A DNA stretch of 64,000 bases, from positions 1,536,001-1,600,000 of the forward strand of contig CP181291.1 in assembly GCA_052279835.1 (NCBI GenBank), given 5' to 3'. The stretch is from Microcoleus sp. Lineage in GTDB: Bacteria > Cyanobacteriota > Cyanobacteriia > Cyanobacteriales > Microcoleaceae. The notes below the pieces were generated by a model that was given only the letters and a program-made list of their open reading frames with translations, was not told the origin of the DNA and made no database searches. Position 1 is the stretch's first letter. Each line of letters starts with the position of its first letter. Made by a program: the position numbers and the translations under genes. Positions 20,501 through 31,107 of the stretch are shown in pieces.

Positions 20501-20800
20501 ATAGACCGTTCTTTTGTCAGCAGAATGGGAGTAAAATTTGATATCAGCAAAGGAGAGATTGACCCCACAGAAATTGTGCGATCTATCGTTACTTTATCGC
20601 ACAATTTAGGCATGGACGTAGTAGCCGAGGGAGTCGAAGAAGCCACACAGCTCGACCTGCTCAAAGGGTTAAAATGTGAGTACGCCCAGGGATATTTTTT
20701 CTCAAAACCTCTAGACTCTCAAACAGCAGCAACTCTAATCCGACAGCAACAAGAAAACCAGAATTTGGTCACATTGATCTCCCTCGTAAACGGCAATTAA
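17579..20800 (+). CDS. REC-GAF-PAS-PAS-GGDEF-EAL diguanylate cyclase/phosphodiesterase
   Basis: LLIVED...LSDYRLP (REC); GAF; RVGD I-site plus GGDEF; FEALVRW; DDFGTGYSS. Confidence 0.95.
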   Translation: MLNLLIVEDMAEDIELVVIALETGGIKFTFDTAQTAKECRELLENGKKYDAVLSDYRLPGFNGLDLLKMMQELDRNIPFILVTGSLGEEAAVECIKSGMTDYLLKSRLFRLPTILERSLQEYQMRAQRQEAIAKIQRQAQKEAIVNRIVQAMRETLVLDEVLQTTADQLHEAFETSGCGILQPDADGGIIIRYMSKSADKEELVGLHCDFAEHYRSSLAAGETLALDDLSNQCPSVQASAELLGFRAVTIAPLLYQQSFLGGICLYQCDRTRSWSAAEVSLVKAIADQCAIAIHQAELYQRAQTELAERKRAEAAVRGIQQQLAAMAANIPGSVYRIIIHPDGRISLPYISPGVREVTGIEPSEVMARPEILMEIIHPEDKNSFDQSVAASSASLEPCDRQYRIILKTGEVKWVQDNARFSKNENGDIIIDGVALDISGRKQAEAALRQSEQRFRSLIENATDITIILDGEGTFRYVSPSVKRILGYLPQKTIGRSVFETVHPEDGALITETLNKVIQNPKTSHSPVEYRVQHRNGSWCCLEAVATNLLHDRAVQGIVVNCHDITKRKLAEEQLLHDAFHDGLTGLPNRALFIDRLEHDLRLAQRRKEYLFAVLFLDLDRFKVVNDSLGHAIGDQLLIASARRLETCLRVGDTVARLGGDEFAILLEDIDGINEVNNIAHRLQQRISAPVVLDGHEVFITASIGIAMSSVEYMESTNLLRDADTAMYRAKGLGRARHEVFNSSMHAHALRLLQLENDLRRAAESIRDRPREEDEGQEQLGEYRISEHSTTADLCLKFPKPPLPPLSPAPQFIIHYQPIVSIATNTITCFEALVRWQHPERGLVSPAEFIPVAEETGLIVPLGRWVLRTACQQIHQWQQLFPSNPPLSVSVNLSVKQFSQPDLIEYIDQVLEESDLDGSSLKLEITESVLIENSESVTAMLVELRSRNIHLCIDDFGTGYSSLSYLHRFPTNTLKIDRSFVSRMGVKFDISKGEIDPTEIVRSIVTLSHNLGMDVVAEGVEEATQLDLLKGLKCEYAQGYFFSKPLDSQTAATLIRQQQENQNLVTLISLVNGN

Positions 20801-20905
20801 AAAAAATACAGCACTTTATGGCTCCCCTTTCAACATAAAATCTTAAGATATTGTAAAACAGTTCCTAACTCGTGTCAGTTTATTAACTGCTGGATCAAAA
20901 CAATT

Positions 20906-22495
20906 ATGACTACTGGCTACCTCGCCCTCGTGCTCCACGCCCACCTACCCTTTGTCCGCCATCCCGAAAGCGACTATGTTTTAGAAGAAGAATGGCTGTT
21001 TGAGGCGATCGCCGAAACCTACATTCCTCTGCTACAAGTCTTTGAAGGGCTAAAGCGCGACGGCATCGACTTTAAAATTACCATGAGCATGACACCGCCC
21101 TTAGTGGCCATGCTGCGTGACCCCTTGTTGCAAGACAGATTCGACGAGCACCTGGCAAAACTCGAAGAATTAATCGAACTGGAAATGGATCACAACAGCG
21201 GCAACGGTCATCTCCGCTACTTAGCCGAACACTACGCCACCCATTTCTCTCAAGTCCGCAACTTCTGGGAAAGGTACGATCGAGATTTAGTCACAGCCTT
21301 CAAACAACACCAAGACACCAACAACCTCGAAATCATCACCTGCGGTGCCACCCACGGCTATTTACCGCTGATGAAAATGTACCCAGAAGCAGTTTGGGCA
21401 CAAATTCAAGTAGCCTGCGACAACTACGAAGCCAACTTCGGCCGTCGCCCCAACGGCATTTGGCTACCCGAATGCGCCTACTACGAAGGCCTAGAACGGA
21501 TGTTAGCCGATGCCGGCTTGCGATACTTCCTCACAGACGGTCACGGCATCCTCTACGCCCGTCCGCGCCCTCGCTACGGTAGCTACGCCCCCATTTTCAC
21601 CGAAAGCGGAGTAGCAGCATTCGGTCGAGATCACGAATCTTCCCAGCAAGTTTGGTCATCGGAAGTCGGCTATCCAGGTGCAGCAGAATACCGAGAATTC
21701 TACAAAGATTTGGGCTGGGAAGCAGATTACGAGTACATAAAGCCCTACATCATGCCCAACGGCCAGCGGAAAAATACCGGGATTAAGTATCATAAAATCA
21801 CCGGTCGCGGATTAAGTTTAGGGGACAAACAGTTATACGATCCATACTGGGCGAGGGAAAAAGCCGCCGAACACGCCAGCAACTTTGCCTTCAACCGCGA
21901 ACGCCAAGTCGAACACCTCAACGGCATCATGCAGCGCCCACCGATTATTGTTTCGCCCTACGACGCAGAACTTTTCGGTCACTGGTGGTACGAAGGGCCT
22001 TGGTTCTTAGACTACCTGTTCCGCAAGAGTTGGTATGACCAAAATACCTACGAGATGACCCATTTGGCAGATTATTTGCGCGCAAATCCGACTCAGCAAG
22101 TTTGTCGCCCCTCCCAGTCTAGTTGGGGATATCGCGGTTTCCATGAGTATTGGTTGAACGATACCAATGCTTGGATTTACCCCCATTTGCACAAGGCTGC
22201 GGAACGGATGATTGAGTTGGGAAGTATGGAACCGGAAGATGAGTTGCAGTCTCGTGCTTTGAATCAGGCGGCGCGGGAAGTGTTGTTAGCTCAATCTTCT
22301 GACTGGGCATTTATCATGCGTACAGGGACAATGGTCCCCTATGCGGTGCGACGGACTCGATCGCACTTAATGCGTTTTCACAAACTGTACGATGAAGTAA
22401 AAGAAGGGAAAGTCGATTCCGGTTGGTTGGAGAAAGTTGAGGAAATTGACAATATTTTCCCTGAAATCAACTATCGCGTTTACCGATCGCTTTAA
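20906..22495 (+). CDS. Glycoside hydrolase family 57 (DUF1957), branching enzyme-like
   Basis: LHAHLPFVRHPE, WLPECAY, YDAELFGHWWYEG, AQSSDWAF. Confidence 0.95.
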   Translation: MTTGYLALVLHAHLPFVRHPESDYVLEEEWLFEAIAETYIPLLQVFEGLKRDGIDFKITMSMTPPLVAMLRDPLLQDRFDEHLAKLEELIELEMDHNSGNGHLRYLAEHYATHFSQVRNFWERYDRDLVTAFKQHQDTNNLEIITCGATHGYLPLMKMYPEAVWAQIQVACDNYEANFGRRPNGIWLPECAYYEGLERMLADAGLRYFLTDGHGILYARPRPRYGSYAPIFTESGVAAFGRDHESSQQVWSSEVGYPGAAEYREFYKDLGWEADYEYIKPYIMPNGQRKNTGIKYHKITGRGLSLGDKQLYDPYWAREKAAEHASNFAFNRERQVEHLNGIMQRPPIIVSPYDAELFGHWWYEGPWFLDYLFRKSWYDQNTYEMTHLADYLRANPTQQVCRPSQSSWGYRGFHEYWLNDTNAWIYPHLHKAAERMIELGSMEPEDELQSRALNQAAREVLLAQSSDWAFIMRTGTMVPYAVRRTRSHLMRFHKLYDEVKEGKVDSGWLEKVEEIDNIFPEINYRVYRSL

Positions 22496-22576
22496 ACAGT
22501 TATATTACTCGTCCCCAGGGTCTGTGGGCCTGGGGACACTCCTCCCCATCCAGCCTTCCATTCAATTCTCCTCCCC

Positions 22577-22609
22577 TCATGTCCCCCTCTTAATCAGAGG
22601 GGGACATGA
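22577..22609. terminator. Perfect 14-bp stem-loop downstream of the GH57 gene
   Basis: TCATGTCCCCCTCT-TAATC-AGAGGGGGACATGA. Confidence 0.5.
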
Positions 22610-22747
22610 CAGTTTATGGGTTGCTTTTCTACGCGATATTACTTAGATATTCAAGCTTATTTAAGACCAAGGTATATACTTAATGACAATTCTAAAGACT
22701 GCATACTATAATCTAGTAACCTGTCCCCACATATAAATGATTAAATT

Positions 22748-25700
22748 ATGATTTTCCTAACAGGCTATCAAATAACTGAAAAAGTTTATGCGGGAGTCAA
22801 TACAGTTATTTATCGGGGAATCTGGGAAAAACATAACTTGCCTGTCATTGTCAAAATACCGATCGCAGAGTATCCCACTCTCGAAGAAATTACTCGGTTG
22901 AGACACGAATATAAAATTAGACAACCCCTCGAAAACATCGAAGAAATTATCAATTGTTATCGAACAGAGAATCATCAAAATGGGATTGCACTAATATTAG
23001 AAGACTGCGGCGGTCTGGGTTTATCTAATTTCCTGAAAACTACCAAACTGAATCTCAAACTTTTTTTACAAATAGGTATTCAGCTCGCAAAGGGCTTGGG
23101 CAATATTCATCAGCATCAAATAATTCACAAAGATATAAAACCTCAAAATATCATCATAAATCCCAGCAATAATTGCGTCAAAATAACCGACTTTAGCATC
23201 GCTTCCCGCTTGATTAGAGAAAACGCAACTCCTAGCTATGCTAACTTGCTCGAAGGCACGTTAGCTTATATGTCGCCCGAACAAACTGGTAGAATGAATC
23301 GGGCGATCGACTATCGCAGCGATTTCTATTCGTTAGGTGTCACTTTTTACGAGATGCTGACTGGTGAATTGCCATTTAGTGCGATCGACCCTTTAGAATT
23401 AGTTCACTGTCACATCGCCCGCACAGCGCCGTCTCCACAGAGTTTAAATCCCGAAATCCCCGAAGCAATTTCTGGAATTGTGATGAAACTGTTGGCCAAA
23501 ACAGCGGAAAATCGTTATCAAACTGCTGAAGGTTTAAAATTTGACTTAGAAAGTTGTCTGGCGAAGCTGCAAACAGCCAGCGCTACTATATCTGATTTTA
23601 TTCCCGGAAATGCCGATCGGGCCAGTCAATTGCTCATACCCCAAAAACTCTACGGTAGAGAAACCGAAGTAGCTACTTTACTCAGCGCTTTTGAGAGAGT
23701 TAGCGGTGGAAACCCCCCCCAACCCCCCCTTATTAAGGGGGGGCTTTCGGAGTCGCCTTCGGTTGGTAAGGGGGGGGCATCAGGGCTTTCTCCCTTAGCA
23801 AGCGGGGCTGGGGGGGTCGAATTGATTCTGGTTTCAGGTTATTCGGGGATTGGCAAAACTGCGATCGTCAATGAAGTACAGAAACCCATTGTACGGCAGC
23901 GCGGCTATTTTATTAGCGGGAAGTTCGACCAATTTAAACGCAATATTCCCTACGCTTCTTTAATTCAAGCATTCCAGTCATTAATTCAGCAGTTACTAAC
24001 AGAAACTGACGCATCCATCCAAACTTGGCAACAGAAACTGCTAGCAGCTTTAGGAACTAACGGCAAAGTTGTTGCAGACGTTATACCAGAAATCGAATTA
24101 ATCATCGGCAAACAACCAGAAGTAGCGCAATTAGGACCAACAGAATCGCAAAACAGATTTAATCGAGTGTTTAAACAATTCATCAGCGTGTTTACCGCCA
24201 AGGAACACCCCCTGGTGATTTTTTTAGACGATTTACAGTGGGCTGATTCCGCATCGCTGAAATTAATCGAACTGCTGGTGACAGACTCAGAAACCAAATA
24301 TTTACTAATAATAGGAGCCTATCGAGACAACGAAGTCAGTCCCAGCCATCCGCTGATGGTCACCATTGAAAACATCACCAAAACCCAACTAGCAACCCAA
24401 CAAATCGTCAGCAACATCATTCTCGCACCCTTACATTTAAGTCATGTCAAGGAATTAATAACTGATACTTTGAACTGTCAAAAATCCCCAGAAATAGAGC
24501 TACTGGCAGAGCTACTTTTTAACAAAACTCAAGGAAATCCTTTCTTTTTAACTCAATTGCTCCGAACTCTGTATCAAGAAAATTTGTTAGTTTACGACTT
24601 TCCATCGGGCGCGTGGCAGTGGGATATCGAACACATCCAAGCGATTGGAATTACTGACTGCAATGTGGTGGAGTTAGTCGCTCGAAATATTAGAAAATTG
24701 CCTGGGGTGGCCCAGTTAGCATTAAAATTAGCAGCTTGTATTGGCAACCAGTTTAATTTACAAGTGCTGGCAATTGTTAGCGAAAAATCTCAGACAGAAA
24801 CAGCTTTAGACCTCTGGGATGCGCTTCAGGCAGGTTTGATTTTGCCACTGAGCAACGATTACAAAATTCCGCTGGTTTTTGAAGGAGCAGAAACCGGGCC
24901 GACAGGGCTGCAAGATGTGAAGGTTGACTATAAGTTTTTGCATGACAGAGTGCAGCAAGCAGCTTATTCTTTAATCCCCCAAGAGCAGAAGCAAGAAACT
25001 CACCTGAAAATAGGTCAATTGCTGCTGCAAAATACTCCTGTTGATGCCAGAAAAGACAATATTTTTGCTCTGGTAAATCAACTGAATTTCGGTATCGAGG
25101 CAACGACAGGAGGATTGCCCCTACTGAATTCTGAACCAGAAAAAATTGAGTTAGCCCAGCTAAATTTGATTGCAGGTCAAAAAGCGAAGGAAGCGGCCGC
25201 TTTTGAGGCTGCTCTCAGGTATTTTAATCGGGGGATTGAACTCATAAATTCCCTCTGTCGCAATGGTGAGGACTCAAGTCAAGTTCAGTCAAGTTGGCAG
25301 AGTCATTATGACTTGACTTTGGCTCTGTATACAGAGGCAATGGAAGCCGAATATCTGAATACCAATTTACAGCAAGCTGAAAATATGGGGGAGTTAATCT
25401 TGCAGCAAGCTACTACTCAGTTAGATGCGGTAAAGGTATACGAGATTAAAATTCAAATGTATATAAACACCTTGCAGATGCTGAGAGCTTTGGATACTGG
25501 ATTGCAAGCTTTGGCAACTCTGGGTTTTTCCCGCTCAAAGATCCAGGATTTGGCTGGGAACGAGGTGATACTTCCTGAGTTTGAAGATTTAGAAAATTTA
25601 CCAAAAATGACTGCTCCTGAGCTGATTGCAGTAATAAAATTACTGCAATCTATTACTATTCCTGCTTTAGGTATAGAGCCAGAGATTGGTGTCCAAATTA

Positions 25701-28700
25701 TTTTTGTTCAAGTTAATCTCTGCATTGAACGAGGTTATTCAGCAATAGCTGCTTTATCCTATGTTTGGTACGGCACTATACTGTGTGCGATGGGAGAGAT
25801 TGAAAAAGGATATCGCGCCGGGAAATTGGCAGTGAAATTGTTAGATATATTTAATGGCAAGCCACTCATATGCTCCGTTTACAATATGTTTAACTCTTTT
25901 ATTAGACCGTGGAAAGAACACGCAAAAGAAAGTTTGGCTCCGTTGCAAGATGCGTTGCAAAACGGACTTGAGTTTGGGTGTTTAGACTATGTTGGTTATT
26001 GTCTTAGCAATTCTTCCATCTATCTATTTTTGAGTGGATGTCAACTAGATTCGTTATTTAACAAGCAATTATTATACGTAAACTTAAGCCAAGAAATTGG
26101 GAATTCATATATTGCGGTGGAAATTAATGTAGAAAGGCAATTAAATTTAAATTTGCAAGGTTTAGCAACAGACAAGTATCGGCTAATAGGAGAAGCAATT
26201 GATGAAGTTAGTTTGCTGTCACAGTTGCAAGTTGCCAATAATGGTTGGACGTTTTTTCATTTGTATATAGCTAAAGGAATTCTGCTTTATTTATTGAAAG
26301 ATGGTGCGGGGTCTGTTGCTAACCTTTTGGAAGCATTACAATACATTCAATCTATATTGGGGATTATGTATGTTGCTGTACACAATTTTTACTATTCCCT
26401 GGCGTTATTAGCTGTATATCCAACTGCTGATACTCAAGCAGAATATTTGCAGCAAGTGGAAGCAAATCAGGAAAAAATGCAGCATTGGGCTTTCCATGCA
26501 CCCATGAATTATCAGCACAAATACGAGTTGGTGGAAGCGGAAAAGGCGCGGGTGTTGGGAGACAAAGAGCGGGCGATGAATTATTACGATCGCGCTATTC
26601 AAAATGCCGGCGCCGAGGGATACATTCAGGAAGAAGCTTTAGCTAATGAATTAGCCGCCGAGTATTATCTGTCTCTGGGTAGGGAGAAAATTGCGAAAAC
26701 CTACATGACGGATGCTTATTACGGCTATATCCGCTGGGGCGCGAATGGAAAAGTTGCTGATTTGGAGGAACGATATCCGCAGTTAATTGTGCGATCGCCG
26801 CAAATTGACACTTCTTTTCTCAGCAATCATCCCACTTTTATTGTGAGTTCGGCCACCGCCACCAGCAGTCACAATTTTCTAGATTTCGCTACAGTAATTA
26901 AAGCATCTCTTGCTATTTCCGGAGAAATTGTTCTAGATTCTTTGCTGGAAAAAATGATGATAATTTTGCTGGAAAATGCTGGGGCCCAAACAGGTTGTAT
27001 CATCGCGTCACAATCCGGTGAGTTTGTCGTAGAAGCTGCGGGAGAAGTTGACGGCGAAGTCTCGATTCGCCAAGATGCGGCATTGCTGTATGCTTATCCG
27101 CGATCGGTGATTAATTATGTCGATCGCACTCAGCAAGATGTCGTGCTAAATGACGCCCGCAGCGAGGCAATTTTCAACAACGACCCCTACATCGTTGAAC
27201 GCCAGCCAAAATCGCTGTTATGCGCGCCGATCGTCTATCAAGGCAAATTAACGGCTATCCTGTATTTGGAAAATAACTTGACAAGCGACGCTTTTACAGC
27301 CGAACGTTTGGAAGTTTTGAAACTGCTTTCTTCCCAAGCTGCGATCGCCCTGGAAAATGCCCGTCTCTACGCTAACCTAGAAACCGCCAACCAACAATTA
27401 GCAGAATCTAACTTGACTCTGGAAACAAAAGTTCAACAACGCACCCAGGAATTATCCGAAAAAAATGTACTCCTGTCTCAAGAAATTCAAGAAAGGCAAA
27501 AAGCCGAAGCAGCAGCCAAAGCAGCCAGTCTCGCTAAAAGCGACTTTTTGGCTAATATGAGCCACGAATTGAGAACGCCACTAAACGGTATTTTAGGTTA
27601 CGCTCAAATCTTCCAACGAGACAAACATTTGACCGAACAGCAACAAGATGGAATTCGGATTATTCACCGCTGTGGCGAACATTTGCTGGCTTTAATTGAG
27701 GATGTTTTAGATATTTCTAAAATTGAAGCGCGGAAGATGGAATTAAAACCGACAGAGTTTAATTTGAGCGAATTTATTCAAGGTATAACTGCGATTTGTC
27801 GCATCCGGGCTAGCCAAAAAAACATAGCTTTTAACTGCGAATATTTATCAGTCATTCCCAGGGCGATCGCCGCGGATGAAAAGAAGTTGCGACAAATTTT
27901 GATTAATTTGATCGGCAATGCAGTTAAGTTTACTGAAGTTGGCGGTGTTACTTTTAAAATTTCAGCAGGCGAAAGGACTTCAGTCCTCACCACAAACCTG
28001 ACAAATGTTAAAATTCGCTTTCAAATCCAAGATACTGGTATTGGGATAGCCACTAATGAATTGTCAAAGATATTTTCGCCGTTTGAACAGGTGGGAAATA
28101 CTCCCCGCCACACGGAAGGAACCGGATTAGGATTAGCTATTAGCCACAAATTAGTGGAAATAATGGGTGGCGAATTGAAGGTGGAAAGCACTTTGGGACA
28201 AGGTAGCATTTTCTGGTTTGAGTTGGAGTTACCGGAAGTGAATTGCGACACAGATAACAAGTATTTGCCACAAGTAATCACTGGCTTTAAGGGCGCTAGC
28301 CAAACAATTTTGGTGGCAGATGACAAGTGGGAAAATCGCTCAGTTTTAGTGAATTTGCTCGAACCTTTGGGTTTTGAAACTATTGAGGCAATCGACGGGC
28401 AAGATTGTTTGAATAAAGCTCAGGAATTTCAGCCGGATTGCATTTTAATTGATTTGGTGATGCCGGTGATGGACGGATTTGAAGCGGTGCGACAAATTCG
28501 CAAGTTGCCCCAGTTGCAAGATGCGATCGCGATCGGTACTTCTGCTAGTGTTTATGAAGCTGAGAAGCAGGAAAGTTTGGCAGCCGGATGCAATGCTTTT
28601 CTTTCCAAGCCGATTCGAGTCGAGGAACTTTTAGATTGCCTGCAAGTTCATTTAGGTTTAGAATGGATCTATGAGGAATCAGAAAATCGGCTCGCTGACT

Positions 28701-28942
28701 CTGAAGTCTCCCAAGGATCGTCGAAAATTCCATCTCAAGAAATGATTGCTCCTGGACCAGGAGAAATAGCTATACTATTTGATTTAGCGATGATGGGAGA
28801 CTTGGCAGGTATTCAAACACAAGCAGAAAAACTGGGAAAACTTGATGTTAAATATGTGCCTTTTGCTAACCATCTAACTCAATTAGCTAAGGAATTTGAA
28901 GAAGAAAAAATTTTAGAGTGGGTGCAAAAATACAGGAGTTAG
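22748..28942 (+). CDS. Hybrid Ser/Thr kinase - AAA ATPase - GAF - His kinase - receiver (HstK-type)
   Basis: HKDIKPQN, YMSPEQTGRMNR, GYSGIGKT, LDDLQWAD, GAF, MSHELRTPL, GTGLGLA, C-terminal REC. Confidence 0.95.
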   Translation: MIFLTGYQITEKVYAGVNTVIYRGIWEKHNLPVIVKIPIAEYPTLEEITRLRHEYKIRQPLENIEEIINCYRTENHQNGIALILEDCGGLGLSNFLKTTKLNLKLFLQIGIQLAKGLGNIHQHQIIHKDIKPQNIIINPSNNCVKITDFSIASRLIRENATPSYANLLEGTLAYMSPEQTGRMNRAIDYRSDFYSLGVTFYEMLTGELPFSAIDPLELVHCHIARTAPSPQSLNPEIPEAISGIVMKLLAKTAENRYQTAEGLKFDLESCLAKLQTASATISDFIPGNADRASQLLIPQKLYGRETEVATLLSAFERVSGGNPPQPPLIKGGLSESPSVGKGGASGLSPLASGAGGVELILVSGYSGIGKTAIVNEVQKPIVRQRGYFISGKFDQFKRNIPYASLIQAFQSLIQQLLTETDASIQTWQQKLLAALGTNGKVVADVIPEIELIIGKQPEVAQLGPTESQNRFNRVFKQFISVFTAKEHPLVIFLDDLQWADSASLKLIELLVTDSETKYLLIIGAYRDNEVSPSHPLMVTIENITKTQLATQQIVSNIILAPLHLSHVKELITDTLNCQKSPEIELLAELLFNKTQGNPFFLTQLLRTLYQENLLVYDFPSGAWQWDIEHIQAIGITDCNVVELVARNIRKLPGVAQLALKLAACIGNQFNLQVLAIVSEKSQTETALDLWDALQAGLILPLSNDYKIPLVFEGAETGPTGLQDVKVDYKFLHDRVQQAAYSLIPQEQKQETHLKIGQLLLQNTPVDARKDNIFALVNQLNFGIEATTGGLPLLNSEPEKIELAQLNLIAGQKAKEAAAFEAALRYFNRGIELINSLCRNGEDSSQVQSSWQSHYDLTLALYTEAMEAEYLNTNLQQAENMGELILQQATTQLDAVKVYEIKIQMYINTLQMLRALDTGLQALATLGFSRSKIQDLAGNEVILPEFEDLENLPKMTAPELIAVIKLLQSITIPALGIEPEIGVQIIFVQVNLCIERGYSAIAALSYVWYGTILCAMGEIEKGYRAGKLAVKLLDIFNGKPLICSVYNMFNSFIRPWKEHAKESLAPLQDALQNGLEFGCLDYVGYCLSNSSIYLFLSGCQLDSLFNKQLLYVNLSQEIGNSYIAVEINVERQLNLNLQGLATDKYRLIGEAIDEVSLLSQLQVANNGWTFFHLYIAKGILLYLLKDGAGSVANLLEALQYIQSILGIMYVAVHNFYYSLALLAVYPTADTQAEYLQQVEANQEKMQHWAFHAPMNYQHKYELVEAEKARVLGDKERAMNYYDRAIQNAGAEGYIQEEALANELAAEYYLSLGREKIAKTYMTDAYYGYIRWGANGKVADLEERYPQLIVRSPQIDTSFLSNHPTFIVSSATATSSHNFLDFATVIKASLAISGEIVLDSLLEKMMIILLENAGAQTGCIIASQSGEFVVEAAGEVDGEVSIRQDAALLYAYPRSVINYVDRTQQDVVLNDARSEAIFNNDPYIVERQPKSLLCAPIVYQGKLTAILYLENNLTSDAFTAERLEVLKLLSSQAAIALENARLYANLETANQQLAESNLTLETKVQQRTQELSEKNVLLSQEIQERQKAEAAAKAASLAKSDFLANMSHELRTPLNGILGYAQIFQRDKHLTEQQQDGIRIIHRCGEHLLALIEDVLDISKIEARKMELKPTEFNLSEFIQGITAICRIRASQKNIAFNCEYLSVIPRAIAADEKKLRQILINLIGNAVKFTEVGGVTFKISAGERTSVLTTNLTNVKIRFQIQDTGIGIATNELSKIFSPFEQVGNTPRHTEGTGLGLAISHKLVEIMGGELKVESTLGQGSIFWFELELPEVNCDTDNKYLPQVITGFKGASQTILVADDKWENRSVLVNLLEPLGFETIEAIDGQDCLNKAQEFQPDCILIDLVMPVMDGFEAVRQIRKLPQLQDAIAIGTSASVYEAEKQESLAAGCNAFLSKPIRVEELLDCLQVHLGLEWIYEESENRLADSEVSQGSSKIPSQEMIAPGPGEIAILFDLAMMGDLAGIQTQAEKLGKLDVKYVPFANHLTQLAKEFEEEKILEWVQKYRS

Positions 28943-28954
28943 TGAAAAAAAAAC

Positions 28955-30452
28955 ATGAGCAGTTTACAGTGGGAACAGAACATCATATTAATTGTCGATG
29001 ACAATCCCAATAATTTAGCAGTTCTGTTTGAGTTTTTGACAGCATCGGGATTTAAAGTTTTGGTGGCGAGAACCGGGGAAAGTGCGATTACAAAAGCTGA
29101 GTATTCCCTGCCGGATTTGATTTTGCTGGATGTGGTGATGCCTGGTATTGATGGGTTTGAAACTTGTCAGCGTTTGAAAGCAAATGATTCCACAAAAGAC
29201 ATCCCGATAATTTTCATGACAGCGCTGGATGAGACGGAAAATAAGGTAAAAGGGTTTGATTTAGGGGCGGTTGATTATGTTACTAAGCCGATTCAAAATG
29301 AAGAAGTTTTAGCTCGTGTCAAAGCGCATTTGAGCATTCGTAACTTGACGAAAAAACTTCAGGCTCAAAACGAGCAAATGCAGCAGGAAATTGCCGATCG
29401 CCAACTAGCTCAAGTCAGCCTGCGACAACTAGCTGAGCAATTGGAAAAACGAGTAGCAGAAACGCACTGCGGAACTTTCTGACACTAACGATCGGCTGAA
29501 ACAAGAGGTTAAAGAGCGACAACAAGTGCAGGAAAATTTGCAAAAATCTCTGTTAGAACTCCAGCAGGCTCAAACTCTCCTCATTCAAAACGAAAAAATG
29601 TCAGCTTTGGGGCAAATGGTGGCGGGTATTGCTCACGAAATTAACAATCCCGTGAATTTTATTTGTGGCAATCTCAACTACGTTCGCGACTATACTCAAG
29701 ATCTTTTGAGTGTACTCAATCTTTACCAGAAGCACTATCCAGATCCAGCAGTGGAAATAGAAACCAAATCGGATGCGGTGGATCTAGAATTCATTAAAAA
29801 AGATTTGGTGAAGATGCTGGATTCGATGCAGGTTGGAGGCGATCGCATTCGGGAGCTCATCTTCTCCATGCGCTATTTTTCGCGACAAGAAGGACTGGAG
29901 ATGAAGCAGATTAACCTCCACGAAAGTATTGACAGTACGCTGATGATTTTGAAAAATCGGTTGAAGTTTAAGCCGAACCGCCCCACCATTGAGGTGATTA
30001 AAAAGTATTCTTCTCAGGTGGTAACTGTAGAGTGTTTGGGCGGCGAAATAAATCAGGTATTTATGAATATCTTTGCCAATGCGATCGATGCGATCGAAGA
30101 ATCTATTATTGAGGGAAATACTGATGACATTAAACCCAATCTCTACCTGATTCAGGTTAGCACTGAACTCAGCAAATACAACACAGTAACTATTAAAATT
30201 TCCGACAGCGGGGCGGGAGTTAGCGAGGAAGTGCGGAGCAGAATATTTGACCCATTTTTTACTACGAAGCCGATCGGCAAAGGTACGGGAATTGGGCTGT
30301 CAATTAGCTGGCATATTGTAGTAGAAAAGCACGGGGGGATGTTGCGGTGCACTTCCATTCCGGGAAAAGGGACTGAATTTGCGATCGAGTTACCAATTCA
30401 ACAGCAAGTCCGAGACATGACAGCCTCTAGTCCCCAACCTGCGGGTTATTAA
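28955..30452 (+). CDS. Receiver - histidine kinase hybrid, with an apparent +1 frameshift at 29460-29462
   Basis: REC (LIVDD..LLDVVMP) then HisKA (GIAHEINNP) and HATPase. Removing one A from GCA GAA A CGC ACT restores RVAERTAELS and joins the two ORFs. Confidence 0.9.
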
Positions 30453-30471
30453 AAACTGCAAGTTCGATCGA

Positions 30472-30903
30472 TTAAATTGTTGAATCCGATCGTTTTTGAT
30501 AATCTTGGGCCGAACTTGGGTCTAGTTCCCAGCGATGGTCATCTCGATGTTCTAGCATTTCTGTTGTTTCTAAAATAGCCCCATCGGCCATTTCTATCCC
30601 CGCCGCAACTCCGAGTTCATCCACCATATTCAGGTCAGGATTTGGAGCGCTTCCCCCCACCAATTCCTCACCAGTGGCACTTTCTTGTTCCGCAGCAGCA
30701 ACATCGCCATCGCTCTGGCTGATTGAGGTAGTGGCTGAAGTGTATTCCGAACTGTGGTCATTCAGAGTCGAGATCTCGTCTTCACTCAATCCCGGTTCCT
30801 GGATCGCTCCGGTACCGTAAGATTCGGTAATTTCTTGAGGTAATTCGTCCCAATTATCTGCTTCTTCTATTGCTTTTTCTGCGGTTGTTTTATGCTTGTT
30901 CAT
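30472..30903 (-). CDS. DUF6335-like acidic protein
   Basis: PQEITESYGTG, GEELVGG..P.PD...VDELG.AAG, RDDHRWELDP. Confidence 0.7.
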   Translation of the reverse strand: MNKHKTTAEKAIEEADNWDELPQEITESYGTGAIQEPGLSEDEISTLNDHSSEYTSATTSISQSDGDVAAAEQESATGEELVGGSAPNPDLNMVDELGVAAGIEMADGAILETTEMLEHRDDHRWELDPSSAQDYQKRSDSTI

Positions 30904-31107
30904 GATAAATACTCCTGTTTTTTGAGAGCCGTTGAATTCAAAAATTAAGCTGTTTTCCAGGTTCCTTTCCCCCTGCATTATTTGTAATTGCTATTTTGGT
31001 GATTGACTTCTATCTACGGCAATATTTTTAATTTATATTAGCTCTTTCATTAGGAGTAGCGATCGCCTTTTGTCACAGGCGATCGCTGTTTGATGCTCAG
31101 GCTAATT

